Part shown: positions 60,213 to 64,000 of the stretch, one piece after another
Layout of the letters: each line of letters starts with the position of its first letter
Numbering within the stretch: position 1 is the first letter of the stretch
From: Squalus acanthias
Taxonomy: Eukaryota
Direction of reading: 5' to 3'
DNA length: 64,000 bases
NCBI GenBank assembly: GCA_030390025.1
Contig: JASTWF010000339.1
Span: 434,001-498,000 of the forward strand
The notes under the pieces: generated by a model
What the model saw: only the letters and a program-made list of their open reading frames with translations
Told to the model about the DNA's origin: nothing
Databases searched by the model: none
Position numbers and translations under genes: made by a program

Positions 60213-63030
60213 CAGGACACAAAGAGTCTGCAAAGGGATATGGACAGGTTAAGTGAGTGGGCAAGAAGGTGGCAGATGGAGTATAATGTGGAGAAATGTG
60301 AGGTTATTCACTTTGGTCGGAAGAATAGAAAAACAGAATATTTTTTAAATGGTGAGACATTATGAAATGTTGTTGTTCAGAGGGATTTGGGTTTCCTCGA
60401 ACACAAATCACAGAGAGTTAGCATGCAGGTACAACAAGCAATTAGGAAGGCAAATGGCATGTTGGCCTTCATTGCAAGGGTGTTGGAATACAAGAGTAAG
60501 GAAGCCTTACTACAATTGTACAGGGCTTTGGTGAGGCCACACCTGGAGTTCTGTGTACAGTTTTGGTCTCTGTACCGAAGGAAGGATATACTTGCCTTAG
60601 AGAGGGTGCAACGAAGGTTGACTAGATTGATTCCTGGGATGTGAGGGTTGTCCTATGATGAGAGATTGAGCCTATACTCTCTGGAGATTAGAAGAATGAG
60701 AGGTGATCTCATTGAAACATATAAGATTCTGAGAGGGCTTGACAGGGTAGATGCTGAGAGGCTGCTTCCCCTGGCTGGAGTGTCTAGAACTAGGGGGCAT
60801 AGTCTCAGGATAAGGGTAGGTCATTTAGGACTGAGATGAGAGGGTTGTGAATCTTTGGAATTCTCTACCCCAGAAGGCCGTGGATGCTCAGTCGTTGAGT
60901 ATTTTCATGGCTGAGATCGATAGATTTTTGAATATTAAGGGAATCAAGGGATAATCGGAGCGGGTAGGAAAGTGGAGTTGAGTTCAAAGATCAGTCATGA
61001 TCTTATTGAATGGTGGAGCAGGATCAAGGGGCCGTATGGCCTACTCCTGCTCCTATCCCATGTAGTCCCACACTCCAGCTTTTTCCCATTTCATTGCACA
61101 TTAGTCCTCTTCAAGTACGTGAAAATAGAATGAGAGTAAACTAGCAAGAAATATGAAAACAGATTGTAAGTGTTTCTACAAGTAAGTAAAAAGGAAGAGA
61201 GAAGCAAAAGTAAACATTGGTCCCTTAGAGGCTGAGACAAGAGAAATTATATTGGGGAACAAGAAAATGGCAGAGATTTTAAACAAATATTGTATATCTG
61301 TCTTCATAGTAGAAGACACAAAAAGCAGACCCAAAATAGTGGGGAACCAAGGGGCTAATAAGAGTGAGGAACTTAAAGTAATTATTATCAGCAGAGAAAA
61401 AGTACTTGAGAAACTAATGGGACTAAAATCCGACAAATCCCAATGACCTGACGGCCTACATCTGAGGGTTCTAAAAGAGGTGGCTGCAGAGATAGTGGAT
61501 GCATTGGTTGTGATCTTCCAAAATTCCCCAGATTCTAGAACAGTCCCAGCGGATTGGAAGGTAGCAAATGTAACACCGCTATTCAAGAAAGGAGGGAGAG
61601 AGAAAACAGGGAACTACAGGCCAGTTAACCTGACATCAGTTGTCGGGAAAATGCTGGAATCCACTGTTAAGGAAGTGGTAACAGGACACTGAGAAAATAA
61701 TAACATGATTAGGCAGAGTCAACATGGTTTTATAAGGTCAATCGTGTTTAACAAATTTATTGGAGTTTTTTGAGGATGTAACTAGCAGGGTAGATAAAGG
61801 GGAACCAATGGATGTAGTATATTTGGATTTCCAAAAGGCATTCGATAAGGTGCAACATAAAAGGTTGCTACGCAAGATATGGGCTCATGGGGTTTGGGGT
61901 AATATATTAGCACGGATAGAGGATTGGTTAATGGGCAGAAATTAGGGAGTGGGGATAAATGGGTCATTTTCCGTTTGGCAGGCTGTAACTAGTGGGGTGC
62001 TGCAAGGATCAGTGCTTGGGCCTCAGCTATTTACAATCTATATCAATGACTTTGATGAAGGGACCGAGTGCAATGTATCCAAGTTTGCTGACGACACAAA
62101 GCTAGGAGGGATAATAAGCTGTGAGGAGAACACAAAGCAAAACGCTAGTTAGGCCACAGCTGGAATACTGTGTGCAGTTCTGGTCGCCACACTATAGGAA
62201 GGATGTGATTGCATTGGAGAGGGTGCAGAGGAGATTCACCAGGATGTTACCTGGGCTGGAGCGCTACAGCTATGAAGAGAGACTGGACAGGCTAGGGTTG
62301 TTTTCCTTCGAGCAGAGAAGGCTGAGGGGGGATCTGATTGAGTTGTACAAAATTATGAGGGGCATAGATAGGGTAGATAGAAAGGAACTTTTCCTCTTAG
62401 TAGAGGGGTCAATAACCAGGGGGCATAGTTTCAAGGTAAGGGGCAGGAGGTTTAGAGGGGATTTGAGGAAAAACTTTTTCACCCAGAGGGTGGTTGGAAT
62501 CTGGAACTCACTGCCTGAAAGGGTGGTAGAGGCAGGAACCCTCACAACATTCAAGATGCATTTAGATGAGCACTTGAAACGCCATAGCATACAAGGCTAT
62601 GGACCAAGTGCTGGAAACTGGGATTAGAATAGACAGGGCTTGATGGCCGGCGCGGACACGATGGGCCGAAGGGCCTCTTTCTGTGCTGTATAACTCTATG
62701 ATTCTAAAGAGTCTGCAAAGGGATATAGACAGGATATGTGAGTGGGCAATAAGGTGGCAGATGCAGTATAATGTGGGGAAATATGAGGTTATTCACTTTG
62801 GTCAGAACTATCGAAAAACAATATTTTTTATACGGTGAGAAACTATTAAATGTTGGAGTTCAGAGAGATTTAGGTGTCCTCGTACAGGAAACACAAAGTT
62901 AGCATGAAGGTACAGCAAGCAATTAGGAAGGCAAATGGCATGTTGGCCTTTATTGCAAGGGGTTGGAGTATAAGAGTGAGGAAGTCTTGCTACAATTGTA
63001 CAGGGCCTTGGTGAGACCACACCTGGAGCT
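60213..63030 (+). mobile_element. Stack of CR1 fragments, with 62138-62706 nested in another copy
   Basis: Multiple CR1 RT ORFs; the host reads cacaaag|...|aaagagtctgc across the nested copy. Confidence 0.9.
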
Positions 63031-63033
63031 TTT

Positions 63034-64000
63034 GGGGTAAAAATTCACTTGGTTGCGCCTCCCGTTAGCGCCTTAAGAGGGCGCTAATGGGGCGTTAAGC
63101 CGCTAACGCCCGGGCGCAGCGCTGTTTGCGCCGCTCGAGAACTTAACTTGAGATTGTGCGGCGGCGCTAAAACTTACCGCTGCGACCACCTGCGCGCGCA
63201 GATTGTGACGTCATTCCATGGTGCAACGCCCTTGGGGCGCCCCGGAGCGGAAATTGAGTGGCGCCCCCTGCCTTACCGCCTGGCGCTTCCAACGACCGGA
63301 AGACTGGAACGTTATCAATCGGTGTGGGGCTGGGGGGGGGCGCTATTTAAAGGGGGCCTCTTCCTGTCTTTTTCTGTGGTCGACATTTATGCACCACTCG
63401 TTCTGAGAGAGAGAGAGAGATTCGGAGAGAGAGAGAGAGAGACTTCTACATTGACTCCACGCTTTGTGAGGTAGTTTTGCCTATTCATCCTAACTTTGTT
63501 GCTACTTTAGTTGCTGTACCTCATTACTTTTCTGGCAAAGAGAATATGTGGGCTGCAATGATTGGGGGCGTCGTCCTGCTCCAGCTGAATCGGAGGATAG
63601 TGAGACGCAGACAGAGAGTGGCAATGATGGCCAGACGGAGGAGGGCCATCAGGTGCATGTACAGGAGAGCTTACCCTCCCAGGGTATATCGTGAACAGCT
63701 CTCCTACATCCATATGTCCGAGGAGCTGTGTTTGCGAAGGCTGCGATTCAGCAAGGAGGTGGTCACTGAGCTCTGCCACCTGCTGCAGCCAGATCTGCAG
63801 CCTCAGCTGAGGTCCAGGACGTCTCTGTCGGTGGCAGTGAAGGTCACAGTGGCTTTGAACTTCTACGCCACTGGCTCATTCCAAGCTGCTGTTGGGGACC
63901 TCGCCAATATCTCCCAGTTTGCGGTGCATCGCTGCATCCGGCAGGTCACCAATGCCCTCTTCAGAAGGAGACGAGACTTCATCTCTTTCCCTATGACCCC
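63034..64000 (+). mobile_element. PIF/Harbinger DNA transposon, left end (runs off the window)
   Basis: CR1 breaks at ~63030, then ggggtaaaaatt, CpG-rich subterminal repeats (gcgctaa/ttagcgc), ctatttaaa and a transposase ORF. Confidence 0.75.
63546..64000 (+). CDS. HARBI1-like Harbinger transposase N-terminus (open to the window end)
   Basis: Hand translation: ...YPPRVYR...MSEELCLRRLRFSKEVVTELCHLL...VKVTVALNFYATGSFQAAVGDLANISQFAVHRCIRQVTNAL...FISFP. Confidence 0.88.
   Translation, partial: MWAAMIGGVVLLQLNRRIVRRRQRVAMMARRRRAIRCMYRRAYPPRVYREQLSYIHMSEELCLRRLRFSKEVVTELCHLLQPDLQPQLRSRTSLSVAVKVTVALNFYATGSFQAAVGDLANISQFAVHRCIRQVTNALFRRRRDFISFPMT

Overview
Eukaryotic vertebrate DNA, most likely a cartilaginous fish (shark), judged from the HE1/V-SINE, a SacSINE1-like SINE head, the CR1 families and the 67-bp satellite. 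The window is a tandem cluster of C2H2 zinc-finger genes with no recognisable KRAB/SCAN/BTB domain. Each gene has a CpG-rich promoter and non-coding first exon, a minisatellite-bearing intron, and one coding exon of fingers only. One long gene (37030-38403, 16 fingers) and one short gene (57179-57460, 3 fingers) are open; about eight other copies are pseudogenes or fragments. The genes are related by direct and inverted segmental duplication and are riddled with nested CR1 LINEs, L2 and Tx1 fragments, SINEs, two Penelope-like element (PLE) families carrying minimal hammerhead ribozyme motifs, a 4-kb 67-bp satellite, and the start of a PIF/Harbinger transposon at the right edge. Best leads: (1) a very young 232-bp perfect foldback PLE insertion with a hammerhead core on each strand, a 12-bp TSD and an empty paralogous site in the window; (2) two promoter families that abut opposite halves of a ZNF 3' UTR split at the same 11-mer; (3) a chimeric ZNF gene joined through minisatellites; (4) a minisatellite whose unit is a 5' splice site; (5) rapid finger-array turnover between paralogs. 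No new biological system can be proven from sequence alone. All alignments were done by eye and many boundaries are approximate.
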